From Chromatiales bacterium (GTDB lineage Bacteria > Pseudomonadota > Gammaproteobacteria > SZUA-152), in NCBI GenBank assembly GCA_027010265.1, contig JALVCE010000116.1, positions 1,626 to 65,625 of the forward strand: a DNA stretch of 64,000 nt, given 5' to 3'. The notes under the pieces are model-generated. The model saw nothing but the letters and a program-made list of their open reading frames with translations. It did not search any database and was not told the origin of the DNA. The position numbers were made by a program, and so were the translations under genes. How positions within the stretch are numbered: position 1 is the stretch's first letter; every line of letters starts with the position of its first letter. Shown piece by piece: positions 49,404 to 59,600 of the stretch.

Positions 49404-50918
49404 TCACGCCGTATTATGCAAATCAATGACGGTATTGTCGCCCTCGGCAGCGCCCGGGCGGGCGCCGTCCTTGCGCTTGCCTTCGATGAAGTCCAGGTAG
49501 TCCTGGGTGACATCGCCGGTGACGTAATTGCCATCGAACACCGAGGTATCGAAGTGGGTGATTGCCGGGTTGCCCTGGCGGGCGGTGGCGATGAGGTCGT
49601 CGAGATCCTGGTATACCAGCCAGTCGGCGCCGATCACTTCGGCGATCTGCTTGTCGTTGCGATTGTGGCCCACCAGTTCGTTCACCGAGGGCATGTCGAT
49701 GCCGTAGACATTGGGATAACGCACCGGCGGCGCGGCAGAGGCGAAGTACACCTTGTTGGCGCCGGCCTCGCGGGCCATCTGGATGATCTGCTTGGAGGTG
49801 GTGCCGCGGACGATGGAGTCGTCCACCAGCAACACGTTCTTGCCCTTGAATTCGAGGTCGATGGCATTGAGTTTCTGGCGCACGGATTTCTTGCGCTGCT
49901 TCTGCCCCGGCATGATGAAGGTGCGGCCGATGTAACGGTTCTTGATGAAGCCCTCGCGGTACACCGCGCCCAGTTCGTAGGAAAGCTGCAGGGCCGAGGT
50001 GCGGCTGGTGTCGGGAATAGGGATCACCACGTCGATGTCGTGATCGGGAAAGACCCGCAGGATCTTCTTCGCCAGGGCCTCGCCCATGCGCAGGCGTGAT
50101 TTGTAGACGGAGATCCCGTCAATAATGGAATCCGGTCTCGCGAAATACACGTGCTCGAAAATACAGGGGCTCGGCCGGGGATCTTCTGCGCATTGACGCG
50201 TGCTCAGATTACCATTGACATCAATGAACACCGCCTCGCCCGGGGCAATGTCGCGCACCAATTCAAAGCCCAGGGAATCAACGGCGACGCTTTCCGAGGC
50301 GATCACGTATTCATCACCCTTGGGTGTCTCGCGCTTGCCGAACACCACGGGACGAATACCGTGGGGATCGCGAAAACCCACGATACCGTAACCGGTGATC
50401 ATGGCCACCACGGCATAGGCGCCCTTACAGCGCCGGTGCACGGCGGCCACTGCATCGAAAATGTCATCGGCGTCTAACGTTAATTTGTTACCCGCCTGCT
50501 GCAGTTCGTGGGCGAAAACATTGAGCAGCACCTCGGAATCGGAATCGGTGTTGATGTGCCGGCGATCGGCGCGGAACAGGTCGCGCTTGAGTTCGGCGGC
50601 ATTGGTGAGGTTGCCGTTGTGGGCCAGGGAGATGCCGAAGGGCGAATTGACATAAAACGGCTGGGCCTCGGCGGAGGTAAAACAGCCCGCGGTGGGATAC
50701 CGCACATGACCGATGCCCATGCTGCCCTGCAGGCCCAGCATGTGCCGGGTGCGGAACACGTCGCGCACCAGGCCGTTGTCCTTGCGCAGGTACAGGCGGC
50801 GCTTGTCGCATGTGACCATGCCCGCCGCGTCCTGGCCGCGATGTTGCAAAACGGTCAGGCCATCGTACAGATTCTGATTGACGTTTTCCGTGCCCACAAT
50901 GCCGATAATGCCGCACAT
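49404..50918 (-). CDS. purF: amidophosphoribosyltransferase
   Basis: [10 protein letters not shown]-terminal nucleophile. RGQDAAG and [17 protein letters not shown] motif. Confidence 0.96.
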   Translation of the reverse strand: MCGIIGIVGTENVNQNLYDGLTVLQHRGQDAAGMVTCDKRRLYLRKDNGLVRDVFRTRHMLGLQGSMGIGHVRYPTAGCFTSAEAQPFYVNSPFGISLAHNGNLTNAAELKRDLFRADRRHINTDSDSEVLLNVFAHELQQAGNKLTLDADDIFDAVAAVHRRCKGAYAVVAMITGYGIVGFRDPHGIRPVVFGKRETPKGDEYVIASESVAVDSLGFELVRDIAPGEAVFIDVNGNLSTRQCAEDPRPSPCIFEHVYFARPDSIIDGISVYKSRLRMGEALAKKILRVFPDHDIDVVIPIPDTSRTSALQLSYELGAVYREGFIKNRYIGRTFIMPGQKQRKKSVRQKLNAIDLEFKGKNVLLVDDSIVRGTTSKQIIQMAREAGANKVYFASAAPPVRYPNVYGIDMPSVNELVGHNRNDKQIAEVIGADWLVYQDLDDLIATARQGNPAITHFDTSVFDGNYVTGDVTQDYLDFIEGKRKDGARPGAAEGDNTVIDLHNTA

Positions 50919-50994
50919 GCAAAAGCCCTCATCTAAACTTCAGTTTGTTACGTCGATTCCCTGCACGCGTTTTTTATTGCGTTGCAAGTTTGAA

Positions 50995-51471
50995 TCAGGT
51001 TAATAGGTCCGGCGCAAAATTGTAGCGTAACCATTGCGCCAGCTTGTAAAACACGTCGATCAGCGCCGACTCCCGCCACCAGGGATCCTCGGGCAGGGTG
51101 GTCATCCCCGCCAGCAGCACCAGCACCGAGACCAGCACCACGCCTCGGGCAATGCCGAAGATCATGCCGATCATGCGATCCGTGCCGGTGAGCCCGGTCT
51201 TGGTGACCAGTGTACCGGCCAGGCGATTGAGCAGGGCGGCGATCACCAGGGTCAGTACGAACAAAATGGTGAACGACACCACCACCCGCACCGAGGGCGT
51301 GGTGATACCGGTCAACAACAGATCGGCAAAATCCTGAGCGAAACTCAGCGCCACCCAAAAGGCCGCCAGCCAACCCAGCAGGGACAGCGCCTCGCGCACA
51401 AAGCCCCGCAACAGACTGAACAGCGCGGAGATGGCGATGATGCCTGGAATAACAATATCGACCCAAACCAT
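50995..51471 (-). CDS. cvpA: colicin V production protein CvpA
   Basis: 158 aa, four TM segments. LLRGFVREALSLLGW and GMIFGIARG. Confidence 0.88.
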   Translation of the reverse strand: MVWVDIVIPGIIAISALFSLLRGFVREALSLLGWLAAFWVALSFAQDFADLLLTGITTPSVRVVVSFTILFVLTLVIAALLNRLAGTLVTKTGLTGTDRMIGMIFGIARGVVLVSVLVLLAGMTTLPEDPWWRESALIDVFYKLAQWLRYNFAPDLLT

Positions 51472-51487
51472 GATTACGCCAGTCTGT

Positions 51488-52105
51488 TCACGGGTAGGCC
51501 TGCACCAGCCCCTTCAGACCAGCCTCCTTTGCCAGACGCTGGCGCAACGTTTCCGCCGCCGACTTGCTCAGTTCCGGCCCCACGCGCACCCGGTACACGC
51601 GCCCCGCCTTGCCGCTGATGGATTCCACGAAGCTGGCGTAGCCCTGCTTGCGCAGCTTGTCGCGCAGGGCCCGGGCATTGTTGCGCGCGGCGAAGCTGCC
51701 CACCTGCACCACCCAGGCCCCGGCGGCGTCAGTGGTACTGGAAGTGGTCTTTGCCGGGGCTTTCGTCACGGTCTTGGGCGCTGACTTTTTGGCCATCTTT
51801 GCCGGCGTCTTTTTCGCAGGCTTTGGGGAGGGCTTGGCGGCGGGCTGGCTGTGGGATTCGGTTTTTTTGGCGGGAAGCGCAACGGGCTCATGGTCACCCA
51901 CCGGCACCTTGGCGGCCACGGGGGCCGGCGGCGCCTCGGGGGCGGCCGGCACGGGGGGGAAACGGAAGTCCGGCTCAGCGGGGATATTGCTGCCGCGAAT
52001 GCCGCCGAGCTCGCCCTCGCCCGGCAACAGCATGGGGATGAAGATCACCGCCAGCGCCACCAGCACCACCGCGCCCACTAATCGCTGCTTGAGTTGATTG
52101 TCCAC
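51488..52105 (-). CDS. dedD: SPOR-domain cell-division protein (DedD-like)
   Basis: N-terminal TM, Pro/Ala/Lys-rich linker, and C-terminal SPOR (WVVQVGSFAARNNARALRDKLRKQGY...YRVRVGP). Confidence 0.85.
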   Translation of the reverse strand: MDNQLKQRLVGAVVLVALAVIFIPMLLPGEGELGGIRGSNIPAEPDFRFPPVPAAPEAPPAPVAAKVPVGDHEPVALPAKKTESHSQPAAKPSPKPAKKTPAKMAKKSAPKTVTKAPAKTTSSTTDAAGAWVVQVGSFAARNNARALRDKLRKQGYASFVESISGKAGRVYRVRVGPELSKSAAETLRQRLAKEAGLKGLVQAYP

Positions 52106-52134
52106 AAAGATTCCCGCTCACCGATAAAGCGCAA

Positions 52135-53412
52135 TTATACGTCTTTGCCCAGCACCGCCGCCACCGTGTAAAACGAGCCTGTGACCACGATGCGATCCGC
52201 ATCACTGCTGGCAGACAATGCTGCCTCATGGGCGGCGGCAACGGTATCAAAACTTTTTATTCCACCAACAGGTATCGCCGCATCGACCTCCCCCGTCGCC
52301 AGCGCGGCCCGCAACCGGGCCACGGAGGCCGAGCGCGCCGTGGGCAGGGGTGCGAGATACCAGCAATCCACCTGGGACAGCAAGGGCGCCAGGCTTGGCG
52401 CAAGATCCTTGTCGGCGAGCATGCCCAGCACGGCGTGGGTGCGGCCGTCACAGGCCTGTTGTGCGAGATTTGCCGCCAGGGCCTGGGCGCTTTGGGCGTT
52501 GTGGGCCACGTCGAAGATGCGCAGCGGCGTCCCGGACAGGCACTGAAAGCGCCCCGCCAGGCGCACCGTTTGCAGACCCCGGGCGACGGCCACGGTGTCC
52601 ACGGGAAACCGACGGCGCAGCGCCGCCAGCACCGCCAGCACCCCCGCGGCGTTGTCCAACTGGGCCTCACCGGGCAGCGCGGGCAGCGGCAGATCAGCAA
52701 AACGGCTTTGCGCATCCTGCCAGCACCACTGACTGCCCTCACGCTTCACGGTGAAATCCTCACCCAGCCGGGCCAGCGGCGCGCCCAGTGTCGTGGCGGT
52801 GTCCAGCAGGGAAGCCGGCGGGCGGGGATCCGCGCACACCGCCGGCCGGCCGGCGCGCAGAATGCCCGCCTTCTCCCGGGCGATGGTCTCGCGGTCATCG
52901 CCCAGCCACTGGGTGTGATCCACGCCAATGGCGGTGATCAGCGCCACGTCGGCATCCAGCACGTTCACTGCATCCAGCCGCCCGCCCAGGCCCACCTCGA
53001 GAATGGCGATGTCCACCTGTGCGCGCTGCAGGATATCGATGGCCGCCAGGGTGCCGAACTCGAAATAAGAAAGGGAGATGTCCCGGCGCGCCGCGTCGAT
53101 GCGCTGGAAGGATTCACACAACGCGGTGTCCACCACCGGCTCGCCATCGAGCTTGATGCGCTCGTTGTAACGCAGCAGGTGGGGCGAGGTATAACTGCCG
53201 ACACGATAACCGGCGGCCAGCAGGATGGCCTCCAGCATGGCCACGCTGGAGCCCTTGCCATTGGTGCCGGCGACGGTGACGAGAGTGAAATCGGGTTGCC
53301 CCAGTTCGAGCCGCGCGAGCACCTCGCCCACCCGTTCCAGTCCCAGCTCGATCTCCGTGGGGTGGAGGGATTCCTGCCAGCGTAGCCAGTCTTCGAGGGT
53401 GTTGAAACGCAT
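52135..53412 (-). CDS. folC: bifunctional folylpolyglutamate synthase / dihydrofolate synthase
   Basis: VAGTNGKGS P-loop. YTSPHLLRYNERI and EVGLGGRLDAVN. Confidence 0.94.
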   Translation of the reverse strand: MRFNTLEDWLRWQESLHPTEIELGLERVGEVLARLELGQPDFTLVTVAGTNGKGSSVAMLEAILLAAGYRVGSYTSPHLLRYNERIKLDGEPVVDTALCESFQRIDAARRDISLSYFEFGTLAAIDILQRAQVDIAILEVGLGGRLDAVNVLDADVALITAIGVDHTQWLGDDRETIAREKAGILRAGRPAVCADPRPPASLLDTATTLGAPLARLGEDFTVKREGSQWCWQDAQSRFADLPLPALPGEAQLDNAAGVLAVLAALRRRFPVDTVAVARGLQTVRLAGRFQCLSGTPLRIFDVAHNAQSAQALAANLAQQACDGRTHAVLGMLADKDLAPSLAPLLSQVDCWYLAPLPTARSASVARLRAALATGEVDAAIPVGGIKSFDTVAAAHEAALSASSDADRIVVTGSFYTVAAVLGKDV

Positions 53413-53421
53413 TCTTAAAAA

Positions 53422-53497
53422 AGGACTGAGGTCAGAGGACTGAGGACTAAGTCAAAAAAACCACCCACTCAGTCCTTAGTCCTCAGCACTCAGTCCT
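53422..53497. repeat. heptamer-array hairpin (AGGACTG AGGTCAG AGGACTG AGGACTA, A7 loop, complementary arm)
   Basis: Between the accD stop and the folC start. Same unit family as 33309-33383. Confidence 0.85.
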
Positions 53498-53503
53498 GGT
53501 CCG

Positions 53504-54364
53504 TCAGGGTGCCGGCTGACCCGTCAACATGGTCAACAAACCCGCCAAGCAATCACGCAGATCACGCCGGTCCACCACCATGTCCACCGCGCCATGCTCC
53601 TGCAGGAACTCGCTGCGCTGGAAACCCTCGGGCAGGGTCTGGCGCACGGTCTGCTCGATGACCCGCGGCCCGGCGAAACCGATCAGCGCCTTGGGTTCGG
53701 CCACGTTGACATCACCCAGCATGGCGAGACTGGCGGACACGCCGCCCATGGTGGGATCGGTGAGCACGGAGACGAAGGGAATGCCGCGCTTGCTGAGCCT
53801 GGCCAGCACCGCCGAGGTCTTGGCCATTTGCATCAGCGAGAACAGGGCCTCCTGCATGCGCGCGCCGCCACTGGCGGAAAAACACACCAGGGGAATATTG
53901 TGCTCCAGGGCGGTATTGGCCGCGCGCACGAAACGCTCGCCCACCACCGACCCCATGGAACCGCCCATGAATTTGAACTCGAAGGCCGCGGCCACCAGGG
54001 GCACACCCTGCACCTGGCCCATCATGCACACCAGGGCATCGGTCTCGTCGGTGGCCTTTTGCGCCTGGCTCAGCCGGTCCTTGTATTTCTTCACGTCCTT
54101 GAACTTGAGCGCGTCCATGGGCAGCACCTCGGCGCCGATCTCCACCCGCGGCTCCTCGTCGAGGAAGATATCCAGCCGGCGCCGCGCACCGATGCGCATG
54201 TGATGATCGCACTTGGGGCATACATCCAGATTGCGTTCCAGCTCGGCGCGATACAGCACCGCGTTACAGGCCGTGCACTTGGCCCAGATGCCTTCCGGCA
54301 CGGCCTTCTTCTGCGCGCCCTGGGTGCTGATTCTCGAGGGGATTAGTTTTTTTAGCCAGCTCAT
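53504..54364 (-). CDS. accD: acetyl-CoA carboxylase carboxyltransferase beta subunit
   Basis: Zinc ribbon CTACNAVLY...[21 protein letters not shown] and SGGARMQE. Confidence 0.96.
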   Translation of the reverse strand: MSWLKKLIPSRISTQGAQKKAVPEGIWAKCTACNAVLYRAELERNLDVCPKCDHHMRIGARRRLDIFLDEEPRVEIGAEVLPMDALKFKDVKKYKDRLSQAQKATDETDALVCMMGQVQGVPLVAAAFEFKFMGGSMGSVVGERFVRAANTALEHNIPLVCFSASGGARMQEALFSLMQMAKTSAVLARLSKRGIPFVSVLTDPTMGGVSASLAMLGDVNVAEPKALIGFAGPRVIEQTVRQTLPEGFQRSEFLQEHGAVDMVVDRRDLRDCLAGLLTMLTGQPAP

Positions 54365-54440
54365 GGTTTTGTTTTACTCTCGAATTCCCAATTTTTTACA
54401 CGATTTCTTTCTTCAGCCCCGCGGCAAAACGAGGGCCTTC

Positions 54441-54896
54441 TCAAATATTTTTTGCTTTGAGCGGAAACCGTTCAGGGTGTTCAATGATTTGTTCTGTTAA
54501 ATCAACATCAATATCCGGCCAATAAAAGTGTCCAGGTGATTCTTCCACTACATTCAGAATTGATTTGATTGCTTGGTCTTTGAACCATGGAAAATCCGCA
54601 TATGATATAAAAAGTTCCTTTCCATGAGCCAATAACCAAATTCCATGAGATGACACATTTGTCACCTCAACTGCTGAAATGCTTTTGCCATCCGCGTGCG
54701 AGTTCATCGTAATGCGCCTCGATAAGTATTTCAGTTGCTTTCTGGAGTAATGATAGTTCTTCGAGAGTTCGATTTCTGGCTCCAGCCAAAACTTTGCCTC
54801 GCCATCACCAGGTGTCACATGCACATGCATTCGCGCCTCTTCCCGTGAAAAGAAGAAAAAACGATATCCAGACTCCTTAAATATGGTTGGACTCAT
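54441..54896 (-). CDS. fused DUF4160-DUF2442 protein in a low-GC insert
   Basis: N-terminal half MSPTIFKESGYRFFFFSREEARMHVHVTPGDGEAKFWLEP is DUF4160-like. C-terminal half from M64 (VEVTNVSSHGIWLLAHGKELFISYADFPWFKDQ...FYWPDIDVDL) is DUF2442-like. One continuous frame. Confidence 0.7.
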   Translation of the reverse strand: MSPTIFKESGYRFFFFSREEARMHVHVTPGDGEAKFWLEPEIELSKNYHYSRKQLKYLSRRITMNSHADGKSISAVEVTNVSSHGIWLLAHGKELFISYADFPWFKDQAIKSILNVVEESPGHFYWPDIDVDLTEQIIEHPERFPLKAKNI

Positions 54897-54920
54897 TTAT
54901 CTCCCTGCACATAACAACAA

Positions 54921-55724
54921 TTAAACATCCATCCCCGCGCGCATCTGCGCCAGCAGTCCAGCAATCTCTGTGTTGATTCTATCCTCTTGCCCCGCGGCCT
55001 GCTCTATTTTTTGCACCAGGGCGCTGCCCACCACCACGGCATCGGCAACGGCGGCGACGGCGGCGGCGGACGCGGCATCCTTGATGCCGAAACCCACGCC
55101 CACGGGCAGGTCGGTGTGTTGGCGAATCTGTGTGAGTTTTTCGGCCACGGCCGGCACGTCGAGATTGCCGGCGCCGGTGACACCCTTCACCGCCACGTAA
55201 TAGACGTAACCGCTGGCGGCGTCGCATATCCGCTTGATGCGCTCATCGTCCGAGGTGGGCGCCAGCAGGAAAATGGGATCCAGTTGCCGGGCCTTGAGGG
55301 CCGTCACCAGTTCGGCGGCCTCTTCCGGGGGCAGGTCCACGGTGAGCACGCCGTCCACCCCCGCTTTGGCGGCGGCCTCGGCAAAGGCGTTGTAGCCCAT
55401 CACCTCCACCGGGTTGAGGTAGCCCATGAGCACCACGGGGGTCTCGCTGTCGGTCTGACGGAACTCGGCCACCATGGCCAGCACGTCGTGCAGCGAGGTG
55501 TGATGTTCCAGCGCCCGTTCGGCGGCGCGCTGGATCACCGGGCCGTCGGCCATGGGGTCGGAAAACGGCACACCCAGTTCGATGATGTCGGCGCCGGCGT
55601 CGACCATGGCGTGCAGCAGGGGCACGGTGACCGACGGCTCCGGGTCGCCGGCGGTGACGTAGGGAATCAGCGCCTTGCGACCTTCGGCCTTCAATTTTTC
55701 AAAACAGTTTTTGATACGGCTCAT
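54921..55724 (-). CDS. trpA: tryptophan synthase alpha chain
   Basis: Start at [46 protein letters not shown]. Confidence 0.95.
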   Translation of the reverse strand: MSRIKNCFEKLKAEGRKALIPYVTAGDPEPSVTVPLLHAMVDAGADIIELGVPFSDPMADGPVIQRAAERALEHHTSLHDVLAMVAEFRQTDSETPVVLMGYLNPVEVMGYNAFAEAAAKAGVDGVLTVDLPPEEAAELVTALKARQLDPIFLLAPTSDDERIKRICDAASGYVYYVAVKGVTGAGNLDVPAVAEKLTQIRQHTDLPVGVGFGIKDAASAAAVAAVADAVVVGSALVQKIEQAAGQEDRINTEIAGLLAQMRAGMDV

Positions 55725-55749
55725 GTGGCTTTCCAAAGATTCAGTATTT

Positions 55750-55850
55750 AACGCAAAGGGCGCAAAGGCGCAGAGAACGCAAAGAAAAATGACTCAAGAA
55801 AAAAACCTTTGCGTCCTTTGCGTCTTCGCGTTCTTTGCGTTTACAACACC
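55750..55850. repeat. intercistronic hairpin element with conserved GCGTTTACAACACC tail
   Basis: Arms built of 8-9-nt CGCAAAGG-like units around an A-rich loop. The tail at 55837-50 ends 8 nt from the trpB stop. Sister copy at 57215-57299. Confidence 0.8.
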
Positions 55851-55858
55851 GGACATCA

Positions 55859-57094
<1,236 letters not shown>

Positions 57095-57110
57095 CTGCTT
57101 ACCTCTATCT

Positions 57111-57188
57111 CGTAGGGTGGGCACGTTTAATGTGCCCACGCGTTTATGCGCAAATTCCGCGTGGGCAAAAAGACATGCCCACCCTACG
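57111..57188. repeat. nested palindromic GTAGGGTGGGCAC element
   Basis: CGTAGGGTGGGCACgtttaatGTGCCCACgcg...GCGTGGGCAaaaagacaTGCCCACCCTACG. Related pieces at 22988-23016 and 21619-21640. Confidence 0.8.
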
Positions 57189-57214
57189 GTTCTATTTTCA
57201 AAATACCGTGTTTA

Positions 57215-57299
57215 AAACGCAGAGGTCACAAAGGCGCAGAGAAAAACAATAAAGACTCTGCGTACTCTGCGCCTTTGCGGCCTCCGCGTTTACAACACC
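57215..57299. repeat. intercistronic hairpin element with conserved GCGTTTACAACACC tail
   Basis: AAACGCAGAGGTCACAAAGGCGCAGAG, A-rich loop, CTCTGCGCCTTTGCGGCCTCCGCGTTT. The tail at 57286-99 ends 14 nt from the trpF stop. Confidence 0.8.
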
Positions 57300-57313
57300 C
57301 ATCTCGCTAAAAC

Positions 57314-57946
57314 CTACTCCGCCGCCCGCACCGCGGCGACAAAGTCCGCCATTTTACCCCAATCCTTCACACCTTTCTCTGCTTCCACGCCGCCGCTGAC
57401 GTCCACGGCGTAGGGGTGCACGCTGCCAATGGCCTCGCCGACGTTGTCCGCCGTGAGGCCGCCGGCGAGGATCACCGGGCTGGGCAGGTCGGCAGGAATG
57501 CGCGCCCAGTCGAAGGCCTCGCCGGTGCCGCCGGGCAGGGCCGGATGATAGGCGTCCAGCAACAGGCCGCGGGCCTGGGCATAACGCCCCGCCTCGGCGT
57601 GCAGATCCACCCCCTCGGCCATGCGAATGGCCTTGATCCACGGCAGACCGAAGCCGGCGCAGAAGTCCGGTGTCTCGTCACCGTGGAATTGCAGCAGGTC
57701 GAGACTCACCCGCTCCAGCACGGCGTTGACCGCCGCCTGTGTGGCGTTCACGAACAGGCCCACAGAGGTGACGAAGGGCGGCAGCACGGCGAGGATCTCG
57801 CGCACCCGTTCGACACTGACATTTCGCGGGCTGGGTTCGTAGAACACCAGGCCGATGGCGTCCACGCCCAGTCGTGCCGCCTGCGTGGCGTCTTCGGGGC
57901 GGGTGATGCCGCATATTTTTATGCGCGTGTTGCTGCGGGTGGTCAT
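57314..57946 (-). CDS. trpF: phosphoribosylanthranilate isomerase
   Basis: [33 protein letters not shown] and GLTADNV. Confidence 0.93.
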   Translation of the reverse strand: MTTRSNTRIKICGITRPEDATQAARLGVDAIGLVFYEPSPRNVSVERVREILAVLPPFVTSVGLFVNATQAAVNAVLERVSLDLLQFHGDETPDFCAGFGLPWIKAIRMAEGVDLHAEAGRYAQARGLLLDAYHPALPGGTGEAFDWARIPADLPSPVILAGGLTADNVGEAIGSVHPYAVDVSGGVEAEKGVKDWGKMADFVAAVRAAE

Positions 57947-57979
57947 GATGGAAGTTTCACTGAGAGAGAACCGCGCAGG

Positions 57980-58762
57980 TTACCAGACCAGCCGGGTGGG
58001 CGGAACCGCCGGGATGGCGAACTCGGGCGGGTAGTCCACACCCATGAAATACAGCCCGTGGGGCGGCGCGGTGATGCCGCCCCGGGTGCGGTCGCGGCTC
58101 TCCAGCACCTCGCGGCTCCAGTCCACCCCCTGCTCGCCGGCGCCGATGGTCATCAGCACCCCGGCGATGTTGCGCACCATGTGATGCAGGAAGGCATTGG
58201 CCTCGATGTCCATGGTCAGCAGGTCGTCCGTGCGTCGTATCTCCAGCCGGCTCACGGTGCGTACCGGGCTGTGCGCCTGGCAGGCCACGGCGCGGTAGGC
58301 GTTGAAATCGTGTTCGCCCACGAGATGCCGGGCCGCCTGCTGCATGCGGGCCTCGTCCAGCGGGCGGCGCTCCCAGGTCACCCGCCCGCGGGCAAAGCTG
58401 GGCCGGGAAAAACGGTTGAGGATCACGTAGCGATAACGCCGCCGCAAGGCGGAAAAGCGGGCGTGAAAGCCATCGTCCACCACCTGCGCCCATTGCACCG
58501 ACACCCCCTTGTGCAGGTTGGCATTGGTGCCCAGTATCCATGAGCGCTCACTGCGCCGGGCCGCGGTGTCGAAGTGGATCACCTGGCCCACGCCGTGCAC
58601 GCCGGTGTCGGTGCGCCCGGCGCAGACCACCTTGACCGGCTCGTTGGCCACCGTGGACAGGGCCGCTTCCAGCGCCCCCTGCACCGTGGGCAGATCCTCC
58701 TTCTGCGCCTGCCAGCCGCAGAACCGGCTGCCGTCGTATTCCACCCCCAGGGCGAGGCGCAT
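57980..58762 (-). CDS. truA: tRNA pseudouridine(38-40) synthase
   Basis: MRLALGVEYDGSRFCGWQ...CAGRTDTGVHG (catalytic Asp). The ORF-track extension to 59407 is an out-of-context high-GC read-through. Confidence 0.94.
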   Translation of the reverse strand: MRLALGVEYDGSRFCGWQAQKEDLPTVQGALEAALSTVANEPVKVVCAGRTDTGVHGVGQVIHFDTAARRSERSWILGTNANLHKGVSVQWAQVVDDGFHARFSALRRRYRYVILNRFSRPSFARGRVTWERRPLDEARMQQAARHLVGEHDFNAYRAVACQAHSPVRTVSRLEIRRTDDLLTMDIEANAFLHHMVRNIAGVLMTIGAGEQGVDWSREVLESRDRTRGGITAPPHGLYFMGVDYPPEFAIPAVPPTRLVW

Positions 58763-59481
58763 CACGCGGCGCCTCCGGCCAGCAGGTTGACCATCAGCAG
58801 CAGGCCGCCGAGCAACAGGGGAATCAGCCACTGCCACAGGGGCGGGTGGGTCTCTTCGGGCAGGGCGATGCGCCGGGTCCGGGCCTGCTCGGCATCCTCG
58901 ATCACCCTGGCGAACAGGCGGTGGGCGGTGCCGGCGATGGCCATGAGCCGGGGCTCGAAGGCCTCCGCCTGGCCAGTGGGGGCATCCCCACGCGCTTCGT
59001 GCTGGTAGCGCTGACGCAACACGCCCACCGCCTCCAGGGTCAGTGAAATACGCAGCGCCAGGCGTTCGTGGGACAGACCGCACCACGACAGGGGCCGCAG
59101 GCACCAGCTCACCGCGGAGAGAAATTCGCCCTGCCCGGTGCTGCCGATGAGCACATTCACCGCCGCCACGATGAGCACCAGCACGGCGATGCGCGCCAGC
59201 CCCTGCAACAGACCCTCGCGGGTGGGACCCCACAGCACATCGGGGATCAGGAGCACGCCGGGGGTGAAAAACAGGTAGACGATGAGAATGGACAGGAACA
59301 GCCAGCGCAGGCGCCTGAGCATGTTCAGTGCGTGGGGCAGGTGGGCGGGGACGCCGCGCAACAACTCGATGAGGTAGAGGGCGGCCACCAGCCCGGCGCC
59401 GGTCCACAGCAGGGGCGGGGTGCCCACGGCCATGGCGGCGCCAAAGATCAGGAAACAGATGATTTTGATCACTGCGTGCAC
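58762..59481 (-). CDS. polytopic membrane protein, CbiQ/EcfT-like (tentative)
   Basis: 239 aa, about 5 TM segments. The central GPTREGLLQGLARIAVLVLIV...SHERLALRISLTLEAV resembles ECF T-component signatures. Stop overlaps the truA ATG by 1 nt. Confidence 0.6.
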   Translation of the reverse strand: MHAVIKIICFLIFGAAMAVGTPPLLWTGAGLVAALYLIELLRGVPAHLPHALNMLRRLRWLFLSILIVYLFFTPGVLLIPDVLWGPTREGLLQGLARIAVLVLIVAAVNVLIGSTGQGEFLSAVSWCLRPLSWCGLSHERLALRISLTLEAVGVLRQRYQHEARGDAPTGQAEAFEPRLMAIAGTAHRLFARVIEDAEQARTRRIALPEETHPPLWQWLIPLLLGGLLLMVNLLAGGAA

Positions 59482-59545
59482 GGCCTATTCTCTCAGCAAA
59501 ACGCCTTGGGCAAAATACCCTTCACCGGTTGTTGAACATAACCCA

Positions 59546-59580
59546 TAAAAAACGGCGCAGCCCCGGGAGGCTGCGCCGTT
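59546..59580 (-). terminator. Rho-independent terminator after fimV
   Basis: On the minus strand: AACGGCGCAGCC-TCCCGG-GGCTGCGCCGTT followed by TTTTTT. Confidence 0.8.
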
Positions 59581-59600
59581 TGTGGTCTTTGGCCTCAGAA

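Noticed and set aside
52228-53385. 385-aa + strand ORF. The same reasoning applies to 55835..57091, 57416..58543, 23425..24213, 10249..11040 and 6075..6827.
   Set aside because: All lie antisense to well-supported housekeeping genes (folC, trpB, trpF/truA, parE, epmA, hemH). None shows family motifs.
57095-57139. Upstream extension of trpB to GTG 57139. The same reasoning applies to the hemH extension to 7151, the dxs extension from 34792, the metZ extension to 49262 and the cytochrome b561 extension to 33353.
   Set aside because: The extensions run into repeat elements or lack an RBS. Internal starts match the family N-termini and have Shine-Dalgarno sequences.
58763-59407. N-terminal 215-aa extension of the truA ORF (Arg/Pro/Ala-rich)
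   Set aside because: TruA homology starts at MRLALGVEYDG (58762). The extension overlaps, in another frame, a much more plausible membrane-protein gene.
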